Shown in pieces: positions 45,781 to 55,090 of a DNA stretch of 64,000 nt. A program made the translations under genes and the position numbers. The notes beneath the pieces were generated by a model, which saw only the letters and a program-made list of their open reading frames with translations, was not told where the DNA came from and did no database searches. Origin of the DNA: a virus; the IMG/VR virus record IMGVR_UViG_3300029258_001308, positions 12,806-76,805 of that record; one strand, written 5' to 3'. Positions within the stretch are counted from its first letter, which is position 1. Every line of letters starts with the position of its first letter.

Positions 45781-46380
45781 CTAGCTCCTTGTCACTGCGA
45801 TTAGGATGAAGTCCTTACCCTTGGTATACTTCACCCTGTTGACCTCGAAGTCGTTGGGAACTCCCTCGAAGAGTCTCTTCACGGACTCCTCTGTTACATG
45901 CCATTCGTGCGAAGGGTTGTCAACCATGGCCGGATCGTACCCCTCCTTCGCGAATGGCATCGTGATGACAACCTTCTTAGAGGCTACCCGAATAGCCTCG
46001 AAGACAACCTGTCTAGCATCCTCGATCGAGATGTGCTCCAGCATCTCGGCGATGACCACGGTGTCGAACTCCTCGTGATGGAAGGGAAGCCCAAAGGTGA
46101 CGTCCATACAGAAGTACTTGCAGTCAGGGTATCTGAGCTTGGCTGCTCTGAGTCTCTCTCGATCAATGTCAACACCGACCCGAACTCCCGCCAACCTTCC
46201 TAAGATGTAGCCCTCTGCACAGCCGAGATCGAGTATCGACCCCTCTGCTTTTCGGATGATCCAGTTGACCCTTTCCCTCTGGGCCTCTGATATATAGCCA
46301 CCATCATCCGACGGAGGCTGACGAATCTCGTCCAGCCTGGCAACATCAAGGTGGACCCGATAGTCTTCCGCGTCACTCAC
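45781..46380 (-). CDS. Class I SAM-dependent methyltransferase
   Basis: ILDLGCAEG, VGVDI, LPF...FDTV..EMLEHI. Confidence 0.9.
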   Translation of the reverse strand: MSDAEDYRVHLDVARLDEIRQPPSDDGGYISEAQRERVNWIIRKAEGSILDLGCAEGYILGRLAGVRVGVDIDRERLRAAKLRYPDCKYFCMDVTFGLPFHHEEFDTVVIAEMLEHISIEDARQVVFEAIRVASKKVVITMPFAKEGYDPAMVDNPSHEWHVTEESVKRLFEGVPNDFEVNRVKYTKGKDFILIAVTRS

Positions 46381-47678
46381 TTGTGTCTTCCCTCATCTCG
46401 CATATAGTCCATCAGCCTCTTGCGGGCCTGGACTAAGGCGGGGACGTCCATCTCGGGAGTCCTAGCCGCGAAGCCTTCGTTCGTATCCTCCCAACCCAGA
46501 AGCCAGTATCGAGACCAGTCCCTTGAAAAGATCTCGATCTCGAACTCCTCGGGATGATCGTAGATGGGAGAGCCAGGATATGGCTGGAACGTCGAGAGCG
46601 TGCAGCGATCAGGCTGAACCCTCTCGATGAAGTCTACCGTATCCTGGACCGAGCTCGGAGATTCTCCCGGAAGCCCGATGATGAAGTAAGCTTTTGAGAC
46701 CATGCCGACTTCCTTAGTCCATGCGATGGCCTGCTCAGCTTGCTCTATCGAGACACCCTTCCGGATATGATTGAGAATCCGCTGCGACCCGGACTCCACT
46801 CCGAACGCCACCTCCACGCAACCCGCATCACGGAGGGTGACGAGATTCGGTCGGGTGGTAAGATCGCATCTCAAATGCGTTCTGAACTTCAGCTCCGTCT
46901 TCCGGAACTGGTCGCAGATCGCCGTCAATCTCTCGGGCTTGAGTCCGATGATCTCGTCGACAAGTCGCACTTCTGTCACACCAAGTATCTTCTTCATCAG
47001 CCGCAGCTCTTCGTATACCCACTCGGCAGAGTGGAGCCTGACCTTCCCCTCCCAGGTCGCATTGGAACAGAAGGCACAGCGATACGGACAGCCACGAGAT
47101 GTGGAGATACATGAGGCTCGCTCTCCTTCTTCTACGAGTTCATAGGAGACAGCCGAGTCTTCAGCGATGTCCTGCCAAGCGAGGTGCGGAAGTGAGTCAA
47201 GCTCCTTGATGCTCTCCCGCTTCGTGTTGACATAGATCGCTCCCCATCCATCCTTGTAAGCCAAGCCATCGATCACGTCCAATGGCTTCCCGGCTACTAT
47301 CTCGGACAAGGTCTTCTCGCCTTCTCCGAAGACGGCGTAGTCGAAGTCGGTCTTGAGGAGAGTATCCTTCGCAAGCACTGAGGCGTGCGCCCCTCCTATG
47401 ATTCGATAAGCCGAGGAACGATGCTCCTTCAGCCAGGTGGCCACTCGGGCCGCGTAACCCATGTCCCCGGTGGTGGCCGAGACACCGAAGTAGTGAGCCT
47501 CGGGAATGACGTCACCCCACTGCTCCTCGGTGTATCTTCCTGACAGATCAACGATGCTGACTTCGCAGTCAACGGTCCGTCTGAGATACGCAGCTAGAGC
47601 GAGAAGACCTAGAGGAGCCTGGAGCCGCTCGTTCCAAAGCATCTTGTTGGGAAGCCTGATGAGAGCTACTTGATTCAT
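46377..47678 (-). CDS. Cobalamin-binding radical SAM enzyme (class B methyltransferase-like)
   Basis: PLGL..LA, IGGAHAS, GEGE, TSRGCPYRCAFC, GVESGS, FIIGLPGE. Confidence 0.9.
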   Translation of the reverse strand: MNQVALIRLPNKMLWNERLQAPLGLLALAAYLRRTVDCEVSIVDLSGRYTEEQWGDVIPEAHYFGVSATTGDMGYAARVATWLKEHRSSAYRIIGGAHASVLAKDTLLKTDFDYAVFGEGEKTLSEIVAGKPLDVIDGLAYKDGWGAIYVNTKRESIKELDSLPHLAWQDIAEDSAVSYELVEEGERASCISTSRGCPYRCAFCSNATWEGKVRLHSAEWVYEELRLMKKILGVTEVRLVDEIIGLKPERLTAICDQFRKTELKFRTHLRCDLTTRPNLVTLRDAGCVEVAFGVESGSQRILNHIRKGVSIEQAEQAIAWTKEVGMVSKAYFIIGLPGESPSSVQDTVDFIERVQPDRCTLSTFQPYPGSPIYDHPEEFEIEIFSRDWSRYWLLGWEDTNEGFAARTPEMDVPALVQARKRLMDYMRDEGRHK

Positions 47679-49846
47679 CACGGTAGCTCTCCCCTCAGAG
47701 CCTCGATGACCCGCTCCGAAGTGATGGCCTTCATGCAAACCTTACCTTGCCCACGGATACATCGAGTCAGCCAGTCGCTGGCTTCCCACCAGCAGGGAGG
47801 ACACACATGTGCATTGATGTTGATGTTGTCCAAGTACCCGAAGACTCGCTCGTCGGTGGGACCGAAAAGAACCAGGCTCCGGGTATGCACGGCCCTGGCC
47901 AAGTGGACCAGCCCACCCTCCGGGCCCATGTGAAGCCTAGCTCCCTCCAGTACTCCCGCCAACTCGTCGACTCTGAACTTGCCTAGCATCGGCTCAGCCA
48001 ACGGAAGCTTAGACTCCCCAGACCGGCCGACCTGGACAACGTTGAAGCCTTGATCCTTGACGAACCCAATGACCTCGGCCCATCGCTCAGGCTCCCATAC
48101 TTTTACTGTCTCCCCTTCGTTCGAGGAGTTGTTCACGGTGACATAGGGCTGAAGCTTCTCGAGTGGCTTCCTCTTCTTGCCTTGAACGTCCCCCAACTTC
48201 CAGGACAGCCGAAGATCGTCGCCGCCTAGCGGGACACCCAACATTCTCGCGGCAAACTCGGTGATGTGAAGCCCAGAGAGGCCGATACAGTGATACCGCA
48301 TCGGACGACCTACAGACTCAAGCAACTTCCAGTATCCCTCATAGAAAGGAGAGAGGAAGGAGCCAAGCATCTCCACGGCCTTGTCGGAGAAGAGAATCTC
48401 GGGAGTGCAGAGACAATCCATGTAGATGTCGTAATCGCGACCATACCTCTGCCGGGCTGCGCTGTTGTCGACAGCGATCTGACGAACAGAATCTACAGTG
48501 TTGTCCTTGGCGAACAAGTCTCGATGCTGCCCGATGTTCAACTCAACGAAGGCCTGAGGGTAGGCTCGCTTAGCTGCTTTCGCAATCCCGAAAGAGATCA
48601 GCGTATCTCCCAATCCCGCTACCTCAGTGATCCCTATCTTGAGCCCGGTCCCCGTTCGATCACTGGCCTCAGCCACCGCGATGGGTCTTCGAGGTGGAGA
48701 CTTGGACCGGGTCATAAGCTCGAGATTCGGGACCTCCATGATTCGAGGATCATCGAGAAGACGGAGAACAGACTGGAAGGCCAGGTGGGCCGAGATCTTC
48801 CCGACACAGTCGTGGCCAAGCCGACAGTCGTCTCGATGCGTGAAGCAAGGAGCGCAAGGAAGGTCTGTTTCAAGAGCTATGAAGCCAGACTCATGAGTGA
48901 CCCGAAGCCGAGCGGGAAAAGGACCGTACAGACCCACTGCGGGGACACCCAGTGCAGAGGCCACCTGTATGAACCCTGAGTCGGGGCCGACTAGACAGCT
49001 AGACCTTTCGATGATCGCTGCGGCCTGAGCTGGGGTTGTCTTCCCCGTCAAGTTGATACAGTCGGGCACATCCTTGAGATGTTTCTCAAGAGCGACGCAC
49101 GTATAGCCCTTCTCGTTCAACTTCTTGATCAACTGCTTGCAATGCCTGAAGGGCCACGAACGAGCTGAAGACGATGCCGCAAGATGGACGGCGATGATCT
49201 TCTCGCGAGGTACATCCACCAACTGCTTATCTGCCCAAGCCCTGGCCGACTCTGATACGAAGACATCAGGGTTCCGATCACTCGGGGCTTCTATCCCGAG
49301 CCAGTCGGCATAGCAGTCGACCATGTGAAGTTGGTCGGCGTTTGGGTTGTTCTCGACTGCGCCGGCCAGGTCGATGGTGAAGTCGAACTCGTCGGTGTGC
49401 GCTAGCGCTGTCCGTGAGGACAGAACCTTATTGACGTACCTGAATCGAAGGAACGAGTGCCACTCCTGGAATGCAGCCAAGCTGATCGAGAGAGTGGGAA
49501 ACCTCTTCTTCAGATCCCTCATCAGTGGAGTTAGGAGAAGTATGTCCCCTATCCCACCATGGCGAATCAGGAGGAGAGCCTTCCCATTGAGATCAGCCGG
49601 GAGGACGTCTACGGGTGGACGGTCCTTGATTCGAATTCCACGACGCTCTAGCTGAAGAACGTCGTCGTGGGTCGCGTCAAGGAGAGTGAAGCTCGGCTTA
49701 CCCTTACCGTCTTTCTGATTGAGTAGGTATTCCGAGTCGCGATCATCCGCTATCTGGCGGACCTCGCCCTTCTTCACGGAGAACTTGTTCCGTGAGAAGG
49801 GCAAGGTCGTTGCCAGCGAAAGACCATCATATCTGAGGGTCTTCAT
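47678..49846 (-). CDS. Tandem double GT9 glycosyltransferase with a short N-terminal extra domain
   Basis: GGIGDIL...GPDSGFIQVA..LYGP and AGLGDTL...GPEGGLVHLA..LFGPT. Confidence 0.85.
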   Translation of the reverse strand: MKTLRYDGLSLATTLPFSRNKFSVKKGEVRQIADDRDSEYLLNQKDGKGKPSFTLLDATHDDVLQLERRGIRIKDRPPVDVLPADLNGKALLLIRHGGIGDILLLTPLMRDLKKRFPTLSISLAAFQEWHSFLRFRYVNKVLSSRTALAHTDEFDFTIDLAGAVENNPNADQLHMVDCYADWLGIEAPSDRNPDVFVSESARAWADKQLVDVPREKIIAVHLAASSSARSWPFRHCKQLIKKLNEKGYTCVALEKHLKDVPDCINLTGKTTPAQAAAIIERSSCLVGPDSGFIQVASALGVPAVGLYGPFPARLRVTHESGFIALETDLPCAPCFTHRDDCRLGHDCVGKISAHLAFQSVLRLLDDPRIMEVPNLELMTRSKSPPRRPIAVAEASDRTGTGLKIGITEVAGLGDTLISFGIAKAAKRAYPQAFVELNIGQHRDLFAKDNTVDSVRQIAVDNSAARQRYGRDYDIYMDCLCTPEILFSDKAVEMLGSFLSPFYEGYWKLLESVGRPMRYHCIGLSGLHITEFAARMLGVPLGGDDLRLSWKLGDVQGKKRKPLEKLQPYVTVNNSSNEGETVKVWEPERWAEVIGFVKDQGFNVVQVGRSGESKLPLAEPMLGKFRVDELAGVLEGARLHMGPEGGLVHLARAVHTRSLVLFGPTDERVFGYLDNININAHVCPPCWWEASDWLTRCIRGQGKVCMKAITSERVIEALRGELP

Positions 49847-49878
49847 CTTTCTTCGTTTCTTCCTTTTTGCTCACCGGC

Positions 49879-50865
49879 TTACGAGTAATCGGAGCCGGAG
49901 AGGCTGAGCTGTTTCGCGAGCACGATCGCGTCCGTGTTCTCGATGACGTAGTCGTTCTCGTGATAAGTGGTGCACTCCCACTTATCCGTCCTGGGCTTGA
50001 ACTCCCAGTAGACGTCGAACTGCCTGAGCGGTACGTAGATGAACTGCATGGTGTTGCACAGCCAGACGAACGAGAGATCGGTGTACGCCGTGGTGCCGAT
50101 GGTGGCCTCCAGATCCTCGGGGATCAGGGGAACCTCCACCAGCTCGATGCCGAACGGGCGCAGAGGCACTGACCTCTGGTGGGCTGCGTCGCCCAACGCC
50201 GTCGCTCTCCCGGACACCGCGTTCGCGTAGTGCTGGTAGACCTTCGGTGAAGCAAGGAACTTCCAGTTTGCGCGATCCATGGAGTACTTGGAGGGCATGG
50301 CATCGATCATGTCCGAGAACAGCTTCTGCGAGACGTGAGCACCGGCGGCGTCGACCTCGTGAGCCACGCCCAGAGTCTGCTTGTACCAACCGTTGTTCCT
50401 CTTGAGCAGTCGGTCCAAGGCAGTGGTACCAGTTATGGTCTCATCGCCCTGGATGCCCAGAAGTTCAAGGTCAGTCGACATCCTCTTGGCGAATGACTTG
50501 TAGAGGCTCTGCCTCCAGCCCTCTCGCTCTATGTTGCGCTCGAGAGCCTCCTTGGTCAGATCGAAAGCGGACCTCAGCTTCTTCACAACGAACTCGACCT
50601 TCGAAAGCGTCGGCTCGTAGAGGTTGCCGGAGTCTGCGTTCTCATCGGCCGACTCCGTTACCGGAGCGCCGATGTTCATCAGGTCGACTTCCCCCTTGTG
50701 AACGTCCATCTTCTCGGTTCTGACCATCTTCATGAGGCGGGTCTCATCGACCGTGAGATCGATGAACTTGTCGGCCTGATAGCCGAGAAGCTCACCACCG
50801 GACGCCAGGTCCGTTGAGTCGATGGCCTTCATGATCTCTTCCTGAGTCTTAGGCAATTGTATCAC
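49879..50865 (-). CDS. Major capsid protein
   Basis: Follows protease/scaffold; GGELL..QADKFID, E.NIE..., DLELL.I.GD; GGGAGGTGAT RBS. Confidence 0.9.
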   Translation of the reverse strand: MIQLPKTQEEIMKAIDSTDLASGGELLGYQADKFIDLTVDETRLMKMVRTEKMDVHKGEVDLMNIGAPVTESADENADSGNLYEPTLSKVEFVVKKLRSAFDLTKEALERNIEREGWRQSLYKSFAKRMSTDLELLGIQGDETITGTTALDRLLKRNNGWYKQTLGVAHEVDAAGAHVSQKLFSDMIDAMPSKYSMDRANWKFLASPKVYQHYANAVSGRATALGDAAHQRSVPLRPFGIELVEVPLIPEDLEATIGTTAYTDLSFVWLCNTMQFIYVPLRQFDVYWEFKPRTDKWECTTYHENDYVIENTDAIVLAKQLSLSGSDYS

Positions 50866-50930
50866 CTCCCTTCCTGTTTCCTGTAGACTCGGAAATGTAC
50901 TCTTGCTTCCCTATGTTAGGGAAGAGGTTC

Positions 50931-52184
50931 TTACGACTTCGGGGTGCCCGGGGGCATCGGGAAGCCTATGTCCTCTTCCTCCTTGGTCGCGTCCTCCAGA
51001 AGCTGGGAGCCGCCGGTCGCCTTGCAGATGACGTCGAGCTTCTTCTCTATGTCGCTCATCCTGTCGTCCGCGCTCTTCGTCTTCTCTTTGGCGTCGCCGT
51101 CGTCTTCCTTCTTCTCGGAGTCGTCGCCGTCCTCGGAGCCCTTCTCCTCGTCGGCCTCGTCCTTGTCGCCCTTGTCGGCGTCGTCGGACTTCTCGGACTT
51201 CTCGTCCTCGTCGTCCTTGTCGCCGTCCACGGACTTCTTGGTCTCGGTCATCGAAGCGATGCACTCCATGAAGATCGCCCTGACCTTCTCCTCGGTCAGG
51301 TCCCCGCCCACCTTCGCGGTCGCAGGGTCTTCGACGGGGGACGATGACTTCGCAGGCTCGGGATACTTCTCTCCCGTGGCCCCCATCAGGATGGACTTCG
51401 CCTGTTTGGCCAGAGCCTGGATGCCAGCACCCGCTCGTGCGATGATCTGGTCAAGGACTCCCACCGCCTTCTTGATGGCCGCCTTCTGGTCCTGCTTCGA
51501 AGTCGCCTCTTCCTCCTCGGCGGGCTTCTTGGCAGGCTCCTCGACCTCGACCTCTTCGCCGTCGGCCTTCTCGATCTCCTCGCGCTCGGTCTCCTCGGAC
51601 TTCTCCGTTTCGTCGTCGGTTACCTGGTCCTCGTCTTCGAGGATGGTCTCATCCGTTCCGCTCATGTTCTCACCTCCCTCCTCAATTTTTCTCAGGGCCT
51701 TGGAAACGTAAAAGTTCAGTGCCCGAGCCTTGACGTTGGCCGGAACTGAAACCATGGAACACTCGATCAGATACATCTTCTCGATGTAGTTGACCACTCG
51801 ACCCAGTTGCGCCATGAACCTCTTGGACGCCTTGAGTATCCTGGCCCTCACCGAGAACTTGTTCAGCACCCCCTCCTGAATCTTTGTCCAGATGTCAGGG
51901 ACTGTCTTGGAGATAAGAACCTTGACCCAGAGCTTTCCCTTCTTGACCTTTGTCTCGAGGACTCGGCCAATGGGGGACTTCAGGTCGTGATTGTAGAGGA
52001 CGGTTGAGTTCTCGAGCAAATCATCCTCAGAGGCCTTGACCGCCCTCTCAGCGATGACGTCCTCCTGGAGGTCATAGTCGTTAGTGGCCACATGGCCCTC
52101 GACTATCCAACCCCCTTTCTGCTCGACAGACTTCTCGACTTCCATCAAGAAGTCGACCGGGACCTGTAGCATCTCGACAGTCAT
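50931..52184 (-). CDS. HK97-type prohead protease fused to an acidic scaffold region
   Basis: VEG.....D.QEDVI, LYNH...PIG, FSV, LIECSMVSVPAN; internal GGAGG-ATG at 51665. Confidence 0.85.
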   Translation of the reverse strand: MTVEMLQVPVDFLMEVEKSVEQKGGWIVEGHVATNDYDLQEDVIAERAVKASEDDLLENSTVLYNHDLKSPIGRVLETKVKKGKLWVKVLISKTVPDIWTKIQEGVLNKFSVRARILKASKRFMAQLGRVVNYIEKMYLIECSMVSVPANVKARALNFYVSKALRKIEEGGENMSGTDETILEDEDQVTDDETEKSEETEREEIEKADGEEVEVEEPAKKPAEEEEATSKQDQKAAIKKAVGVLDQIIARAGAGIQALAKQAKSILMGATGEKYPEPAKSSSPVEDPATAKVGGDLTEEKVRAIFMECIASMTETKKSVDGDKDDEDEKSEKSDDADKGDKDEADEEKGSEDGDDSEKKEDDGDAKEKTKSADDRMSDIEKKLDVICKATGGSQLLEDATKEEEDIGFPMPPGTPKS

Positions 52185-52226
52185 GTCTATCCCCGCCTTC
52201 GTCTGGGCTGCGTCAAACGATGGATA

Positions 52227-52255
52227 ATTCTATCCTCGCCGACCCCTCCCGTCCA
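52227..52255 (-). promoter_or_regulatory. Promoter TGGACG-N17-TAGAAT upstream of the head genes
   Basis: Consensus match in the intergenic gap. Confidence 0.6.
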
Positions 52256-52260
52256 CCATA

Positions 52261-54753
52261 TTATTGTTCAAGCTCTTGGCCATCTACCGTCTTCTCGATA
52301 GGTGGCTTTACGTCAAGGACATCCTTCATTTTCTTCCTGAGCTCCGCTCTGAGCTTGAGGGCCTCGGCTCGATTCTTGGTCCAATACCTGAGCTCAGTAG
52401 GCACCTGCTTCCGCAGGTATCGCGGGAGCGCTGAATACCCCTTCGGGGGTAGCCATCCCTTCTTCTCGGCCTCGTTGGAAAGGACGTAGGGCTCCTGCTC
52501 CTTCGGAAAGATGACCTGCCAAGTAAGGGCCTCACGTCGAGGCTTCCCTCCCTCGGTATAAGAATGCGGGGGACGGAGTATGATCCTCTTCTCCACCTCC
52601 ACAAGTTCAGAGCCACCGGCCACCGGGAGCATGACCCCCTCGGCTAAGCGAGCAAGAATCCAATCCACGATGGCTTGCTCGTCGTACTCCTCTTCGATAT
52701 CCTTCCTCCGACTCTGAAGGAGCCTGAAGATCACCCGTCTCTTCAGACCGTTGCCATCGAAGAAGTACTCGTGAAGCCACGGCTTCTGAGCCCCGAACTC
52801 CACCTCACCTCTGTCTACTATGGAGAAGACGCCGGGGAAGTTCTTGGTGGCCCCCGGTCCGGGTTTTTCGGGGTCACCTATCGGTATCACTCCCTCCAGA
52901 TCGAGCCACTCGTTGGGAATACGAGGCTTTGTCTCTGACAGGAGGTTGATGTTCACAAGAGCTCCGCTCGGGGTCTTCCGCTTGAGGACTGTGCCGTTCT
53001 TCCAGTTGACCTTGAAGTTGTCGCCTCTATCGGCGGCCTTGGCTGCGGCCAGAGTCTCGACCGGTTCCTTGATCTTGCCTGCCAATGCATCGTTGATGGT
53101 CCAGCCCGTCAGAGATCGCCGGGCCTTACCTTGCATCCTCAGGTCGGCATGGACGCTCTTCCCTCGATAGTGATGCTGAACCGAGTAACGATGAGTCTTG
53201 TCTTCGGAAGGAATCTCCATGTAAGGGTCGGCCTGTTTGAGAACGTCATCCTGAGCCAAGCCTTCGCTCTTACCCTTTATGATCTCGGCCGTCATCTCGT
53301 CGATACTCGCGTCCTCTTCGGCTGTCTGCTCGATCTGCTTGGCCGTCTCGTCGTTGGTCTCGGCGTCGGCCTCATCGACGCTCATCTGGACAACGTTCAT
53401 CTCGTCACGGGCCGTGAAGGCCAGATCGGCCAACGGAACATAAGAGGTGAACGGGCCACCCAGCTCATCGTAGAGGAAATGGAATCTGGGCCACATCTTC
53501 TTCGGGAACTGTCGATAGATGCGGAACTCCAGCGGCTTCTTGATCCGTTCTGGAGTGTCGACCGGGAGCTTGATCAGAACATCAATGTCTCCCTCAGTTT
53601 CTCCTTGTGTCACCACTCCACCCACCAAGCAGACAAGCGGGTTGACCAGCTGTGCACCCTTGAAGTCGTCGACGATGTCCTTCAGCTTGACGATTGAGCC
53701 ATAGTTCTCCTGCTCCCCGTGATTGACCGTGGCCAGGTCCCCCGCATCCTTCTTGGAATAGTAGATAGGGTCAAGATAGAGGAAGTCGCTGAAAGGAGCG
53801 ATCTTGCCGTGGTCCTTCTTGACCGCTCTCGGCTTTCCGAACCCCACCACTGTACCGCCGTCAACATCCTCGATCTTCACGATCTCAGCACGATACTTGA
53901 GAGCATCGTCTATGACAAACCAGATCGAACTCCCGATGCGAGATTCGTATGGATGCTCGCTCAGAACCACCGATCCGGCCTTGACCCGCAGAACCGGAAC
54001 CCAGTTCTTCCACTCGTTCTTGGCCACCCTGACCATGATGTCGGGGTGCTCGGCCTCTATGGGAACTCTGTTCCTCCAGTCGACAAGTGGCTTGTCCATC
54101 ATCTCGTTCGGGACGGGGCCGGCAAAGCTCTGACCTCTCTTCTTCTTGTCCTTCTTGGGCGGCTTCGTAACCTTCATCTTCTGAGGTGGTAGGAAGACCT
54201 TCTCCACGACCACGGGGTAGAACTTGAAGACCTCCGCCTTCGGCCACCACTTGGCCCTGGTCTTGTCAGTGATGCGGTGCTGAGAGCGAAGCTTCTCGAA
54301 TTCAGCGAGGTTGATATCACGACCCTCCCCGAATCGAATCACGCCAAGAACCTTACCCCTCTCCACGAGGAAGTGAGGACGATCCTCATCGCCGGGAAGA
54401 GAACGTGTTCTGACCACGCCTGTCTTCAATCCGGAAGCAACTTGGCGACCGTGCGGACTGACAAGCTCGATCTTGGGAAGCTTGCGCTGCTCGGACCCAA
54501 GCAGGTCCATGGCCAGCTTGTCAAAGCGATTCTGCGGATTGTGCTTCTGACCTCGCTTCCGCATCTCGGCTATGACGCGACCATGGTAAAGGAGAATCTG
54601 GTCACGTGACCAGTCTCCCCACTTCTTTTTCTCTTGGAACTTGCGCCAAGCTGTGTGAGAATAGAAGTGGGCGGCAGTCAGCTGTCGATCAGTCAGCTTT
54701 CCTAGGTTCTCGCCGCGAACCATGTCTTTCCGATCTGTGTCAAGATTAGACAT
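52261..54753 (-). CDS. Multidomain protein: ASCH/PUA-like, Pol-beta nucleotidyltransferase-like and LigD phosphoesterase-like domains
   Basis: LVSPHG..VASG.KT; VCLVGG.....EGDIDVLI; YSVQHHYRG.SVHADLR...WLDLEGVIP...IVDRG. Confidence 0.6.
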   Translation of the reverse strand: MSNLDTDRKDMVRGENLGKLTDRQLTAAHFYSHTAWRKFQEKKKWGDWSRDQILLYHGRVIAEMRKRGQKHNPQNRFDKLAMDLLGSEQRKLPKIELVSPHGRQVASGLKTGVVRTRSLPGDEDRPHFLVERGKVLGVIRFGEGRDINLAEFEKLRSQHRITDKTRAKWWPKAEVFKFYPVVVEKVFLPPQKMKVTKPPKKDKKKRGQSFAGPVPNEMMDKPLVDWRNRVPIEAEHPDIMVRVAKNEWKNWVPVLRVKAGSVVLSEHPYESRIGSSIWFVIDDALKYRAEIVKIEDVDGGTVVGFGKPRAVKKDHGKIAPFSDFLYLDPIYYSKKDAGDLATVNHGEQENYGSIVKLKDIVDDFKGAQLVNPLVCLVGGVVTQGETEGDIDVLIKLPVDTPERIKKPLEFRIYRQFPKKMWPRFHFLYDELGGPFTSYVPLADLAFTARDEMNVVQMSVDEADAETNDETAKQIEQTAEEDASIDEMTAEIIKGKSEGLAQDDVLKQADPYMEIPSEDKTHRYSVQHHYRGKSVHADLRMQGKARRSLTGWTINDALAGKIKEPVETLAAAKAADRGDNFKVNWKNGTVLKRKTPSGALVNINLLSETKPRIPNEWLDLEGVIPIGDPEKPGPGATKNFPGVFSIVDRGEVEFGAQKPWLHEYFFDGNGLKRRVIFRLLQSRRKDIEEEYDEQAIVDWILARLAEGVMLPVAGGSELVEVEKRIILRPPHSYTEGGKPRREALTWQVIFPKEQEPYVLSNEAEKKGWLPPKGYSALPRYLRKQVPTELRYWTKNRAEALKLRAELRKKMKDVLDVKPPIEKTVDGQELEQ

Positions 54754-55090
54754 TGACCTTTGACCTCGCAGACTTGTCCACACGAATTTCCTCAACCTCG
54801 AAGTCGGGTTCACTGGACAGCTCGCTTGAAACATAGGTCCAAGCTTCGTAGTCTCGTAGGGGGACTAACACAGGACCCTCACTGATCTTTCCATTTTTTC
54901 TTCGCTCGCCCACCATGTTATGGAATGAATGCTCATCGAACCTCTTAAGTAACTCGGCTAGCCGTCTACTAGTGAGACTCCTGATCTCAAGCTTCTTTCC
55001 AGGTCGATACACTAGAGTGCCAGCTGGTTTTCCCTTGTATTCTACTTTTAGTATCCAGGTTGGATTTGCAGTAGCCATCAGTCCACCCAT
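54746..55090 (-). CDS. Hypothetical protein (possible immunity partner of the MuF toxin domain)
   Basis: Overlaps both neighbours; AT-richer. Confidence 0.5.
   Translation of the reverse strand: MGGLMATANPTWILKVEYKGKPAGTLVYRPGKKLEIRSLTSRRLAELLKRFDEHSFHNMVGERRKNGKISEGPVLVPLRDYEAWTYVSSELSSEPDFEVEEIRVDKSARSKVNV

Noticed and set aside
43908-49846. Host LPS operon or chimeric assembly
   Set aside because: The genes overlap or abut capsid and adaptor genes on the same strand, with no host core genes, integrase or att site in the window.
50944-51711. 255-aa Ser-rich ORF on the plus strand
   Set aside because: Antisense shadow of the acidic scaffold region.
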